A DNA stretch of 64,000 nt from Malacoraja senta. Taxonomy: Eukaryota. Position numbers and translations under genes: made by a program. Positions 50,806-64,000 of the stretch are shown here, one piece after another (positions within the stretch are counted from its first letter, which is position 1; each line of letters opens with the position of its first letter). The stretch lies in NCBI GenBank assembly GCA_038087875.1, contig CM075990.1:14448001-14512000 (forward strand). The letters are read 5' to 3'. Below the pieces are notes generated by a model. The model searched no databases, was not told where the DNA came from, and saw only the letters and a list, made by a program, of their open reading frames with translations.

Positions 50806-51356
50806 AGGCCTGTCTCATGAGTCTGCGGTCATTGGCGGCGAAACGGGAAGAATCTGCCGCCATAGACCGCGCACTCGTGAGAACGCACAATTCCGGGGCC
50901 GTGCGGCGGTGTTCCCAACACCGCACGGTGCTAAAATAAAACCTACACTGTTGAAAAATATTTTCCTACCGCACAGCCTCCACCAGTGATGCACGAGTGC
51001 GGCACGGCCGCCCGCACGGCCGCCGCCAGTGTGGCTCGAGCGCCGTGCGTCAAACTTGCACCGCCACAGCCTCCGCCAGTGAGGCACGTGTGCAGCACGG
51101 CCGCAGGCACAGCCACCGCTACAGCGCCGCTAGTGAGTCACGTGCGGCGGGCCGACGTCATCGCAGTCGGCCCGCCCTTTTTTTTACTTACCGCAAGCAC
51201 GTGGGACCAGCCGTATTTGAATCACTCGGCCCCCGCGCAGCATCCGTGCGGCGCTCCCGTGGATAGGCTCGGCGCTCTCGCCGTTGCCGTGCGGTCCACT
51301 CTACAGGCGAAGCCGCGCTTCACCGCCGATGACCGCAAACACGTAAGACAGAGCCT
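50806..51356. mobile_element. GC-rich MITE (Harbinger- or Kolobok-type)
   Basis: Imperfect TIRs of about 33 bp, AGGCCTGTCTCATG..GCGGTCATTGGCGG / CCGCCGATGACCGC..AAGACAGAGCCT, with TTAA on both flanks. Related to 20860-21318 in opposite orientation. Confidence 0.75.
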
Positions 51357-51414
51357 TTAAGATCAGGATGGCAATGTGTTAATGTGCTGGCAGAATACGG
51401 GAACAAAGGGACAA

Positions 51415-51685
51415 AGTTTAGTTTGGTTTAGGGATACAGCACAGAATCAGGCCCTTCGGCCTACCGAGTCCGCACTGACCAGTGATCACCACACATCAAC
51501 ACTACCCTACACACACCAGGGACAATTTCACATTTATACTAAGCCAATTAACCTACAAACCTGTACGTCTTTGGAGTTGGGAGGGAACCAAAGATCTCGG
51601 AGAAAACCCACGTGGTCACAGGGAGAAAGTACAAACTCTGTACAGACAGCACCCGTAGTCGGGATCGAACCCGGGTGTCTGGCCT
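51415..51685 (-). mobile_element. HE1-like SINE (further copies near 5940, 8930, 17410, 24360, 29405, 45470, 48085, 49488, 50322, 62895)
   Basis: Shared core aagccaattaacctacaaacctgtacgtctttggag...cagacagcacccgtagtcgggatcgaacc. Confidence 0.8.
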
Positions 51686-52859
51686 CATCTGTCCTTGTTT
51701 GGTCAATGAGGTGTGTGCATATGCGGGGCCTTTCCAGAGTGTGCGCATGAGCGGGGTCTCGGGCCGGCGAGGCCTGCGGAATCAGCGATATTTTCCAGAC
51801 GCTTTGAAGTTATGTATTACGAGTAGCGTAAAAGTTTCATTTGCCTCACAACAGTCCATATCCCCCCTAAATCAATGTACTTGTAGAAACATATTTTAAA
51901 TGTATAATCAATGAACAATTTCACAGTATCAGATTCTTCATCTTTCTTTTGTTGGCTTTTACAGAATCTAACTGCAGCCCATCAAGAAGACTTAATCTAC
52001 AATGTTCAATGAAATACAAAACCACAGAGACAGGACCTTGGTGATGTTGGAGCCCCCACTTTCATACTTATCAAGCCAGTAAAAACATTATTTGCAGATA
52101 AAATGCAGAAACAACCAACTGCAGATTAATGCTGGTTAATGCACAAAGTGAGTCAGGCAGCTGCTCTGGAGAACGTGGATAGGTGACCCGAAACGTCAGC
52201 TATCCATGTTCTCCAGAGATGTTGCCTGACCTGCTGAGTTACTTCTGCATTTCATGTCATTCTTTGTAGATAAGTTTAAATTAGGTTTACTAATTCACAA
52301 ACGGTAGGACACTTACTGTCTGATCAGTTGGTTATGTAGTACCAAATGTGACTGCCAGTAAAAGCTTTGGATTGCTGGTATACCAATAAATTCTTCAAAA
52401 TAATAAAAAGGTGGAATCCTGGAAATGCAATGTACATTCCTGTCAGTTGGCAGTGGAATCTACCCAGCTAGATTAACATGCTAGCTTCTACATTAAATTC
52501 AACATTATCAGCAACAATAATACGTTGCACTGAAGATTTAAAAAATGCTTCTGTTAAAACCTGATGTTAATGATGGTAAAAGAGTGGTCAGAAAATAACT
52601 AAAGGTCTCATCTTTCACGTTGCAAAGTTGCACTTTAATGATGGAGGAAGGAACTGCAGATGCTGGTTTAAACCGAAGATAGACACAAAAAGCTGGAGTA
52701 ACTCAGCGGGACAGGCAGCATCTCTGGAGAGAAGGAATGGGTGACGTTTCGGGTCGAGACCCTTCTTCAGACTGGTTAGGGATAAGGGAAACGAGAGATA
52801 TAGGCGATGATGTAGAAAGATAAAGAGCAATGAATGAAAGATATGCAAAAAAGTAACAA

Positions 52860-53290
52860 TAGAAACATAGAAAATAGGTGCTGGAGGAGGCCCGTCGGCC
52901 CTTCGAGCCAGCACCGCCATTCATTGTGATCATGGCTGATCGCCCCTATCAATAACCCGTGCCTGCCTTCTCCCCATATCCCTTGACTCCACCAGCCCCT
53001 CGAGCTCTATCTAACTCTCTCTTAAATCCATCCAGTGACTTGGCCTCCACTGCCCTCTGTGGCAGGGAATTCCATAAATTCACAACTCTCTGGGTGAAAA
53101 AGTTTTTTCTCACCTTAGTCTTAAATGACCTCCCCTTTATTCTAAGACTGTGGCCCCTGGTTCTGGACTCGCCCAACATTGGGAACATTTGTCCAGTCCT
53201 TTTATGTTTCTATAAGATATCCCCTCATCCTTCTAAACTCCAGTGAATACAAGCCTAGTCTTTTCAATCTTTCCTCATATGACATTCCCG
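52860..53290 (-). mobile_element. CR1 3' fragment inserted into a Penelope-like fragment
   Basis: RTRGHSLRIKG...VVNLWNSLP. Flanked by PLE sequence on both sides (52645-52860 and gataaaggaaacaggccattgttagctg at about 53293). Confidence 0.85.
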
Positions 53291-54127
53291 CTGATAAAGG
53301 AAACAGGCCATTGTTAGCTGTTTGCACTTTAATGATGCTTCTGTCCTTGCTCCAGTTCCCTGGGTCTTTCTTTGGAGCCACACAGCAACAAACTGGGGTA
53401 ATATTATACACAGCCTCACACTACGTATTGAGCACGGCACAAATGATGATTTGTTCCAATTGTCCTGTCACTCATGAAAAAAGATCCTTCATAACTCACT
53501 TATGCTTACAGCTCTTGTGAGTTATGAGCCTTTTACCGTCACAAAATGGTAGTGAGAATCAATGTTTACATCATCACTGTAATATCCTATACTTCTCCTT
53601 GTCCTTAAAACAGCAGGAACATAAATAGACTTCTGCGATTTTACTGAGTTGGCTCAGTAAAAAAATATGATTAAAACAGTCCTTTCTCCAAACTGAAGAT
53701 GGCAAATAACTTGCTTTCCATTTTGCTGAAGTTTGCTGGGTGGAGACAATAAACTGATCAACTGGAATGTCATCCGCAGAATTGTTTTTGGCTTGCAAGC
53801 CAAATTTATGATGTGGACAAATTGCTGACTGTGCCAGTACCCAGAGAAATGGTGGAGGAAGCCTGTAAGTCATTTTGCATATGCTACCTTTGATGATTTT
53901 AAACAATAACATCTTTATGTACGAATATAGAAGAACGTTTGAGTGTTTGTTGCTGCAAATCCTATCCCTGAAACCAAAGATTTTAAACTGAGATTCCATG
54001 AATTCTGTGAGTAACAAGGCCTCACTGATGCTTCACCTACAAAGCTTTTTGGGAAATCAGAGACTATTTCTGTGCCATTAACTTGTCCACAATTGCTTCC
54101 TTAAGGAAAATAGATTTGAAAATATGA

Positions 54128-54373
54128 ACGGAGACGAGGAAACACTTTTTCTCACAGAGAGTGGTGAGTGTGGAATTCTCTGTCTCAGAGGGCGGTGGAG
54201 GCAGGTTCTCTGGATGCTTTCAAGAGAGAGAGCTAGATATGGCTCTTAAAAATAGCGGAGTCAGGGGATATGGGGAGAAGGCAGGAACGGGATACTGATT
54301 GGGGATGATCAGCCATGATCACATCGAAGGGCCGAATGGCCTACTCCTGCACCTATTGTCTATTGTCTATTGA
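54128..54373 (+). mobile_element. CR1 3' end
   Basis: ttctcacagagagtggtgagt...ggcctactcctgcacctattgtctattgtctattg tail. Confidence 0.8.
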
Positions 54374-57300
54374 TAGCACGTACATGCTACGAGCTGCCTG
54401 GGGAAATGGTCGACACAGTTACGATTATGACATGTAAAAGACACTAAGACAGATACTGGATCGGAACGATTTGGAAGGTTATGGCAGTGGAAGGTGCCGG
54501 CAAGTAGGTCTAGCTCAGTTAAGGAACTAGGTCGGCATGGAAAAAAGACACTAAGTGCTGAAGTAACTGAAGGCTACTTTTCGGGTCGGGACCCACCTTC
54601 AGACCAATTGTAGTGGGGGGGGGGGGGGGTGAAAGGTGGGGACGGGCAAAAACAGGCAAGTAATAGGTAGAGACAGGTAAAGGTGTTTCTGACTGGCAGA
54701 TGGATTGACAAAGGCCAGAGATGGGAAGAAGGCAAAAGCTCATGAAAGAAGAAGAGAAGAGGGGTGAAATGTAAAGGTGGACGAAGGGATATGGATGGAA
54801 GGGGATGAGGAAATGGGGGGCAGATAGTGGGAGAGGTGGGTGTGCATCCAGGTGGGGCACAGTGAAAAAAGGGGGAAGGTGTTGTTGGTTAGTTACTTAA
54901 AATGGGTGAATTCAATGTTCTTGTCGTTAGGTTGTAAGGTGCCCACGTTGAATGTGAGGCGCTGTTCCTCCGGTTTCGTGCTAAATACTTCTATGATTCT
55001 ATGATAGCTAGTTGATTACCAAGTGCACTGTGGTTTTCTAAAACATGTTCTAACTGCAATGTTATTTGCACAACAACATTGCCAAAGCCTGATCATTCCA
55101 ACAGCCAGGGACAATTTTGGTATTCTGATGTTGGTTGAATTAAATGTAACCATTATATCTGTTTGCTTTGGACACTTACCAGGGACAGAACACTCTTGCC
55201 TTGTATTTGCTCCCTGCTATATGCAGTTTCTAATGTTTACTGGCTGGTAGACACAAAATGCTGGAGTAACTCAGCAGGACAGGCAGCATCCCTGGACAGA
55301 AGGAATGGGTGACGTTTCGGGTCGAGACCCTTCTTCTGAGTTACTCCAGCATTTTGTGTCCACCTTTGATTTAAGCCAGCATCTGCAGTTCTTTCCTAGA
55401 CACTTCTTCTGTTTGCTGTCCATTTCCTCTGAAAATCATTAATATTGAAGTCGACAAAATTAACTAATAATTGAATTTAATTTAAAAAAGAATGAGTTCC
55501 GGAAACAAAGTACAGCTCACCAATCACATGTTTACTGCCACTGATTCGGAATACATTTCTGATATCTGTGATATCTGTGAACATCTGTGATAATGCTAGT
55601 TACACTGATGAGCCTCTCTCTCTGTTTGTGAAGAAATGTCTGGAAGCATGTAAGAACCAAATTCTACAAGATCCTACTTTTACTGATGTGACCTTGGAAT
55701 GAGAAGAGGCTGATGTGGCTGTATTTATTGCCACAAGATGATGGTTAAAAGCTGCCTTCCTGCACTGGACCCATTTGTTAAGGGTCAATCTCATAAGATG
55801 GTTAGAATGATATGTAGTCGAGGTCAGAGAAAGGTGACAGATTCTCTTACCTGGAGCAGATTAGTAAACCATTTTTGTTTTTACAGCAATTCAACATGAA
55901 CATATCCCCAGATGTCAACCCATAAATTATCAGAATTATTGAATTCAATTTCACGACTTGTTAGGGAGGGATTTGAAATGTTGACCTCTGCGATCTTATT
56001 TCACATCCATAACATTATGGTACTCGGGCATATGAGGCAGTACTGTGGTAGGTCTTTGGAACTTCTGACTTACAATGTTGAGTCACGTTCCAGTTATCAT
56101 TTCATGCTAAATAATGGATAGAAATGGCTGCTCACTAATCTACTGAATCTCACAGAGTAGACAGAATGTTCATCGCTTGTTGTTTCATGTTCCATGCTCT
56201 AAAGGTGTTAGAATTTAACTTTCTTCTCTGGAATTTCTTTGGTGCAGTGAAGAGGGAAATTGCTGACAAATACCAATTGGCTGCTGTTGTAAAGGTGTTT
56301 TATCAGGTGAAATTAATGCACAGAGTTATATTTAAGGAAGAGATCTTAAAATATGCTTTAATCTCACATAGGTAAGCTGGTGACATTTTAGTGTGTCGGA
56401 AGGGACAGCAGATGCTGGTTTTAACTGAAGATATACACACAAGGGGCTGGAGTAACACAGTGGGTCAGACAGCATCTCTGGAAAAAAGGAATAGGTGATG
56501 TTTCGGGTCAAAACCCTTTTTTAGACATTTTAGTGTTCTATACATCGACAATAGGAGTAATATTTAGTATAGGAAAATTAATTTTGAGTTATAGATTTTT
56601 TATTAGTACGGGTGTCAGAAGGCAGGAGAATGGGGTTAGGAGGGAGAGGTAGCATGATTGAATGGCGGAGTAGACTTGATGGGCCGAATGGCCTAATTCT
56701 ACACCTATCATTTATAACCTTTTGAATAGTGAGCACCTTGTTAATACAGGGAAACCATGGATACATCAAATATTTAGTGAAAATATTTCTTCAGGAGAGT
56801 GATCCTTCTTCCCAGTGCTGTGTCCTTTACAACATTGCTTCCATTGAAATACATCACCTTTAGCATGAAGGTAGAACATCAGGCCACATTCTATGCTCAA
56901 GGCTTGGAATGAATAGGGATTGTGGCCAGACAAAGACATCAAAAGTTGATCAGTAACGATCAGTGAGCAGAGTTAAAACTTATCCTTTGAAAATATGTTA
57001 AAATGTAACAATGTGCTCCACATGTCTGAAACTGTTTCATCGCCAAAATGTATAACATGTATTGAGTACATATTCCTTCCTTCCTTCCTAATCAATCACC
57101 TTTCCTGTCAGAACTCGGCGAGACACATTACATCAGACTTGAGAATGGTACTTTTCCAAAAGACACAACAACACAGGAAAATAGGAGCAAGATTCAGCCA
57201 CCAGTCAGTCCCCTGAATCCTGTTCCACCTTTCAATATGATCTGTCCCACATATTAATTCTCTCCTGTGCCAATTCCTCAACCCCCCCCCCCCCAAAAAA

Positions 57301-58786
57301 AAGGTGTCTCCTCCTGCTCATTGACAGAGCTCTGCAGTTGATCACATTTCATGGTCTTTCTCTGTAGTTGGTCAAATCTTCCCATTAAACTATTGATCCA
57401 ATTCCTTTTCACAACTTGTTATTGCATCTACCTCTATTTTCCTTACAAGTCCCGTAATCAGCTCAGAGCTACTGTGCAATATGTTACCGTTTGCTTCTGT
57501 CTCTGTCCTCTGATTACCAACCCTTCCAAAATTGGAAGTAACATGAGAGGAATAGATCAGGTAGGTAGATGCACAGAGTCTCTTGCCCAGAATGGGGGAA
57601 TCAAGGACCTGAGGACATAGGGTTAAGGTAGTTGAAACAGGTACATAAGGTAGTTGAAACAGGTACTATTGCAACGTTTGAGAGACATTTGGACAGGTAC
57701 ATGGACAGGACAATTTTGGAGGGATATGGAACAAACGCAGGCAGGTGGGACTAGTGTAGCTGGGACATCTTGGCTGGTATGGGCAGGTTGGGCCGAAGGG
57801 CCTGTTTCCACACTGTATCACTCTATGACTCTAACTATAACTTACTCCATAAAAACCTTTGACAATTTTGGTCTCTTCCTGCAAATCTTTTTTAAAGTTC
57901 CCAATTTGAAGGATACTCAGTTTCTCCAGTCTCTCTCTAGAACCGTCCTCATAAATCTCTTCCGCATTTTCTCTGACATGCTTCTTAAAATGTGCTTCCT
58001 GGAATTGACTGCAATACAGCTGGGACCTATCCAAAGTTTTGTAAAGCTTATCAAAACTTGCTAGATTTTTGTAATCTTGTGTTGTAAAGCCATGAATCCT
58101 ATATGCCTTTTAGCACCTTTCAAAGATTCATGGAGTCTCTGTTACTGCTTTTCTTTTAAAATGACACTGTTTGATAAAACAAAACCGCAGAAGTTAAACA
58201 TATTAATGATTGAATATTTGATCTCTAGACCACCTACACAGCCCATGGGTTCGTTATGTCTGGATGCCAGGAGAGCAACTGGGAGGCATTTGTTCCCAGA
58301 TTCCTTACAATTCATCCAATTTGGCAAGACTCACGATGAACTCCACATGAGTAACTCGTGATAATGAGTAACTCGTGATAATGTCAGGAAGCAGAGTTAA
58401 CATCTTGGTCTCTCGAGCAGAGAAATTATTTCTGTTCAACAGTTTGGGAGGCAGGTGCCTGATTTCACCATTGTTTAGAAATCACAGCTCACTATTTTTG
58501 GTTTGCCTGATTGTTGGTAGTTTTATCCCCATGTCAGCTCTGCACATTCATAAAGTTCAATAGAATCAACTTGGAACTTTACAGCCAGTGTCGACTTGGC
58601 TTTTAGCCAATGTTGGAAGACAACTGCCTTCATCAAACCTCCCTGATGATGTTACTGTTAATGCACAAAGATTGAACCAGTGGGCAGAATAGATCTCCCC
58701 CCTTAGACTGTGTGTCCTGATAAGTTGGAAGGTGCATGTTAAGGTAGGTGTGTTATGAGAAAGCTGTTTAAGGGTGATGATATGGT

Positions 58787-59745
58787 CATAGAAACATAGA
58801 AAATAGGTGCAGGAGTAGGCCATTCGGCCCTTCGAGCCTGCACCGCCATTCAATATGATCATGGCTGATCATCCAACTCAGTATCCCATCCCTGCCTTCT
58901 CTCCATACCCCCTGATCCCTTTAGCCACAAGGGCCACATCTAACTCCCTCTTAAATATAGCCAATGAACTGGCCTCAACTACCTTCTGTGGCAGAAAATT
59001 CCACAGATTCACCACTCTGTGTAAAAAATGATTTTCTCAACTCGGTCCTAAAAGACTTCCCCCTTATCCTTAAACTGTGACCCCTTGTTCTGGACTTCCC
59101 CAACATAGGGGAACAATCTTCCTGCATCTAGCCTGTCCAACCCCTTTAGAATTTTGTAAGTTTCTATAAGATCCCCCCTCAATCTTCTAAATTCTAGCGA
59201 GTACAAGCCGAGTCTATCCAGTCTTTCTTCATATGAAAGTCCTGCCATCCCGGGAATCAGTCTGGTGAACCTTCTCTGTACTCCCTCTATGGCAAGAATG
59301 TCTTTCCTCAGATTAGGAGACCAAAACTACGCAATACTACAGGTGTGGTCTCACCAAGACCCCGTACAACTGCAGTAGAATCTCCCTGCACTTATACTTA
59401 AATCCTTTTGCTATGAATGCTAACATACCATTCGCTTTCTTCACTGCCTGCTGCACCTGCATGCCTACTTTCAATGACTGGTGTACCATGACACCCAGGT
59501 CTCGTTGCATCTCCCCTTTTCCTAATCGGCCACCATTCAGATAATAGTCTACTTTCCTCTTTTTGCCACCAAAGTGGATAACCTCACATTTATCCACATT
59601 ATACTGCATCTGCCATGCATTTGCCCACTCACCCAACCTATCCAAGTCACCTTGCAGCCTCCTAGCATCCTCCTCACAGCTAACACTGCTCCCCAGCTTC
59701 GTGTCATCCGCAAACTTGGAGATGTTGCGTTCAATTCCCTCATCT
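58787..59745 (-). mobile_element. CR1 3' fragment
   Basis: KFADD...RPHL and YEERLDRLGLYSLE translations; catagaaacatagaaaa tail. Confidence 0.9.
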
Positions 59746-62700
59746 TTGATGCTTCCAACATTACCATTGATAATTGGCTTCCCAATGATGGTAGGTACCA
59801 TCTTCACTATCAGGGTTTAAACATGGTATTGATCCTCTTCCTCTGATCAGGGTTACTCCATCCTGTTCCTCAGAGGGATAGCAGTTACTACTGCTGCTTC
59901 ATAGCCCCAGCAACCAAGATTTGATGCTGACTTCAGATGCTGTCAATGTGGAGTTTGTACATTCTCCCAGTGACTTCATAGGATTCTATTTCTCCCTTCA
60001 TCCCAGAGACACACGTGGGTTGATAAGTTAATTGGGCACTGTAAATTATTCTCAACGTGCAGTTGGGAGTGAGAAAAGTGAGTTAGTGAGTATGATACAT
60101 CATATTTGATTGGTTAAATAGCGGGCATTGTGTGTAAGCTGTGAGATGTGGTGTTAGCTTTGCAGCTTTGATAGGTGAAGATTCATCCAGGCCCCACACA
60201 AAATCTCCATCTCATCTACACTTCATACAACATAGACAGCATAGATCCGCACCAGATACCATGAGTTTCTGGTCTTGTTTAAAGACCATGTGACGATGCA
60301 TAGGATCATGGCACAGAAGAAACCCATGATGGGTCAGAGGGTGTAGACATCTCGCCAACTTCATGCTTTCTAATAACTGCAACCACACTGCTGTCTGATT
60401 GGAATTCATTGACAAGGGACAATGATCATGACTGGTTTGCCATAGATAAATCTTGTGAATATTTCTTAGCACTAGCTTGGACATCATAGATGTGGAATAC
60501 CAAGGATGACCTGGTAGGTTCTTGAAGAAAGGGACAAAGCAGCAGTGAGAAGCTCCATGGCTTTAGGATGCTGCAATGGGAAGTTTGGTGGAGGAGGTGG
60601 AAAGGAGTTGTGATGGCCCATATTGGCAGAGATGCTCCAAGCTCACAACCCGGCAGTGGTGCAAGCAGATAGCCACGGAAGTCAAACCAGGAGTCCAGCC
60701 CTGAGGTCCAGGATGCAACATTGTAAGAAACTCAATGATCTCACACCAGTGGTCAAGGTCAGTGAATACAACTTCAAATGCCATATTCTATCAACTCCAA
60801 ACATAGCCCTTGGTCTTTCCCAATCCACTGCCTGCTAACTACTTACTACCAGCAATCGCTAACAGTCAGTTGTCATGTTCATATGCTCCATTGCACCTAC
60901 GTACACTTATTGTAGCTGCAAGCCTAACACCACACCTCTTGGCTTGCGCACGCTGCCAGCTATTCAACAGCAGGATCTAGGTCATTCTAACAGGTTGCTG
61001 GGGCTCACTCTTTAGATAGTGTGGCCAACACCCAGAGGAAGTGTAGCAAATCCACACATCCTTACCCTGAGGGGCAGGTATTGACTACCATTGGGACACC
61101 AACGCTCAATGGTGGAGTCAGTATCTCCACATCTCACATCCCCTTCAAGGCACACCTTCTTCTGACTCACCGTTTGCAGATAGTGTAAGTGTGTACATAT
61201 ATTTACCCACTAACCTGCCCTTTCTGTATCAATGTCTAACCTTTGTGGCCCTTTGATTTCAGAGACCCAAGAACTGCACTGTCATACCCTGGCGCAGCCT
61301 GGATTTTAGGTATGATTGATCTGCAGGCCTTGAGACAATGGCCACTGGTGGCTTGCAGTCATGGTAAGGCAAAATAACTGTGCCAGGTTCCAATTATCAT
61401 GGGCTAAGTTTGCAGCTGAGTCCTGCTGCAGTATGTCCAGATGTTAACTTTGACGGGGAACCCTATTGATGAGGCTGAGCACTGTGTAATGCTCCGTGCA
61501 TTGAAGAAGGGTCCCAACCCGAATTGTCACCTATCCATGTTCTCCACAAATTCTCCAGAGATGCTGCCTGACCCGTTGAGTTACACATTTTAACTACTTT
61601 CTGATTCATTGTTTCAAGCAAAGGATGTCAACCAGGGGAACTAACCTGTCCTGAAAAGAGGGCCTTTAAAATGACTATGTTGGCAGCAGATCATGGAACT
61701 CACTGACTAGGGTGAACACAAAGTTCAAGATTAACTCAGCGGGTCTGGCAGCATTTGTGCAGGAGGCGAATAGGGTCGGGACCCTTGGTCACTGACTGAG
61801 ATCCTTGGTTTGTCCACTTCCACACATGTCCAGCTGAGGTCCACAAACGATCCCATGAATAAGGTCCCTCCTCCATGGGTTTGGTAGGGATTCACTTTCA
61901 AAGCCCAAATAACACGCGGAACTCTTGCGCTACTGATCAGAAATGTTACACGGTTTATGTTGAACATGTTAGACAGGAACATTGGACAAATGGTGAAAGG
62001 TCTTAGCAGTATATTCAAGTTAGATTAAAAAACTAATTTGAAAAGATGAATGTATTCCCTTCCTGTTAGCCAGAATCAGATAGAGCCCGACTTGAAGCTG
62101 CACAGACTTCTGATTATTGAATTTTTATGGGCTTGTAATTAATTGCAGATTCCCTGTTTTGTTCTATTTCTTTTTCTTTGACATTTTAATTTCAACAAAA
62201 AGCAGCAGTCTCCATGCAGCCCTTCTCTGGAGATCCTAATGGCCTATAAAACAAAATGAGTTATAGATATGTGGTGGACTTCAATTGGTTAGTAAGAGTT
62301 GAAACCTTGCTGATCATGCTGTATTAAATTTTTTTTGCTCATATTCCTACTTCTTGTCTATTAAATTGTAGCTACATCTAAAGAACGAAAATATATCAAA
62401 CCTACACCGAGTGGTAATATATTATACTCGCTCCATATGACATTCTGAAAGATGCTGCACTTCCTATTAAATTCATCTCGCTGGCATTTAGGAAGTTGCC
62501 CTTGGTTTTCTCTGTATGTGGATCATAGCACTTCAGTATTCCGTCCTAGACTGAGTGAAAAACAATGTAAATCACACTGACCCTCCACTTAAAGACACGC
62601 TTTCTGTCATCATTTTGTTAACATGGTGCTAAATGCACTCTAATCAACTGCTTGGCCTTGACAAATACATTTCATTGCCAATGGTTCTTATAATGCTGGA

Positions 62701-64000
62701 GCTGCATCCACCCTATTCGCTGCAGTTTTGTGATCCAAGGAAATAAAAAAAATATTTATATATTTTGTTAGACGCAATTTTAAAAGCAATGAAAATGAAA
62801 AAGAACTGCGGGTTCTGGGAATGTAAAATAAAAAGAGAAAATGCTGCCAATACTCAGCGGGTCAGTCCACACCTGTGGGAAGAGAAATAGAATTTTTAGT
62901 TTTCAGTTTTAGTTTGCAGCGATCCCCTGCACACTTACACTATCCTATACACACCAGGGAAAATTTACAATTATACCAAGCCAATTAACCTACAAACCTG
63001 TACGTCTTTGGAGTGTGGAAGGAAACCGGAGCTCCAGGAGAAAATCCACACAGGTCACGGGAAAAACATACAAACTCCGTACAGACAGCACCAGTAGTCA
63101 GGATTGAATCAGAGTCTCTGGCGCTCAAAGGCAGCAACTCTACTGCTGCACCAACGTGCCAATAGAAGTTAATGGTTAGGTCGAAGGTCCTTTGTCTTTT
63201 AATTTACTTCACTGCTTTATTCCCCTCCAGGAATGCCTAACCTGATGAAGCCCTACTCCACCCTTCGACAGGATAATCTGCTTGCCTCTCCAGCTTTATA
63301 TTTCACTAGTTCACTCCTCTTCTTTCCTTGTCACTTCCTTAGCCTTTGTCACTATCTCTACCCATCAGCCATTCATCCACCTCTCTCACCAGTATCCACC
63401 TATCACTTAAGATAGACCCATAAAGCTGGAGTACCTCAGTGGGACAAGCAGCATCTCTGGAGAGAATTGGGTGACGTTTCGGGTTGAGACCCTTCTTCAG
63501 ACAGTCCCACCCCCCCCAACCTCTTTTATACAGCTGTCTGCACCCAACTGCATCAATCTGAAGAAGGGTCCCGATCCATTCCATCCACAGATGCTGCCTG
63601 AGCTGCTAAACTCCTCCAAAACGTTTTTTTTGTGCTCAAGAATGTGCCTTTCGCTCGTGCCTTTCTCATCTTCATTTTTGTTTTCCATGTTGTCTTTGAT
63701 AATGTGTTGTCCAAAACCCTACTTCCATGGCCACCTCCCTTTCCTCAGCTGCTGTCCCTGAATACCAGATCACCTTGTTTTTCAGCTTATTCCCACAAAC
63801 ACCTCCCTTTCACCCTTTCGGAGACCGTTCCCCCCTCTCCCTGTACCTTAACAAGATTCCACTCTCTCCTGTATAGGAAAGAACTGCAGATGCTGGTTTA
63901 AATCAAAGGTAGACACAAAATGCTGGAGTAACTCAGCGGGACAAGCAGCATCTCTGGAGAGAAGGAATGGGTGACGTTTCGGGTCAAGACCCTCCTTCCA

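Noticed and set aside
53574..54017. 147-aa minus-strand ORF
   Set aside because: No recognisable motif, no convincing splice sites and AT-rich composition; likely a chance ORF.
57625..58383. Short local tandem duplications (22 bp at about 57625, 17 bp at about 58347)
   Set aside because: Ordinary slippage or repair duplications with no further structure.
60180..61160. Possible old RTE-like LINE remnant or coding exons
   Set aside because: Too degenerate to assign; no diagnostic motif could be read with confidence.

Overview
Repeat-rich eukaryotic DNA, most likely from a cartilaginous fish such as a skate or ray. This is inferred from HE1/V-SINE-like SINEs, abundant CR1 LINEs, Penelope-like elements and a DeuSINE remnant. 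The one well-supported host gene is a divergent ELO/GNS1-SUR4 (ELOVL-type) fatty-acid elongase on the + strand. It has only two coding exons (19655-19816 and 35948-36502, 238 aa, one 16.1-kb phase-0 intron). Two candidate terminal exons of an unidentified upstream gene (1231-1320, 5404-5487) would end in a CaaX box. The rest is transposon-derived: a near full-length CR1 with an esterase ORF1 and a stop-disrupted ORF2, many CR1 3' fragments, tRNA-derived SINEs, L2 and Rex/Babar fragments, Harbinger-type MITEs, a hAT-type element, and many short Penelope-derived inserts. These short inserts carry a minimal hammerhead ribozyme motif and often form fold-back palindromes with long target-site duplications. 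Several repeat-free, TAAT-rich stretches look like conserved regulatory elements but cannot be confirmed without alignments. All family names come from motif recognition, not database searches.
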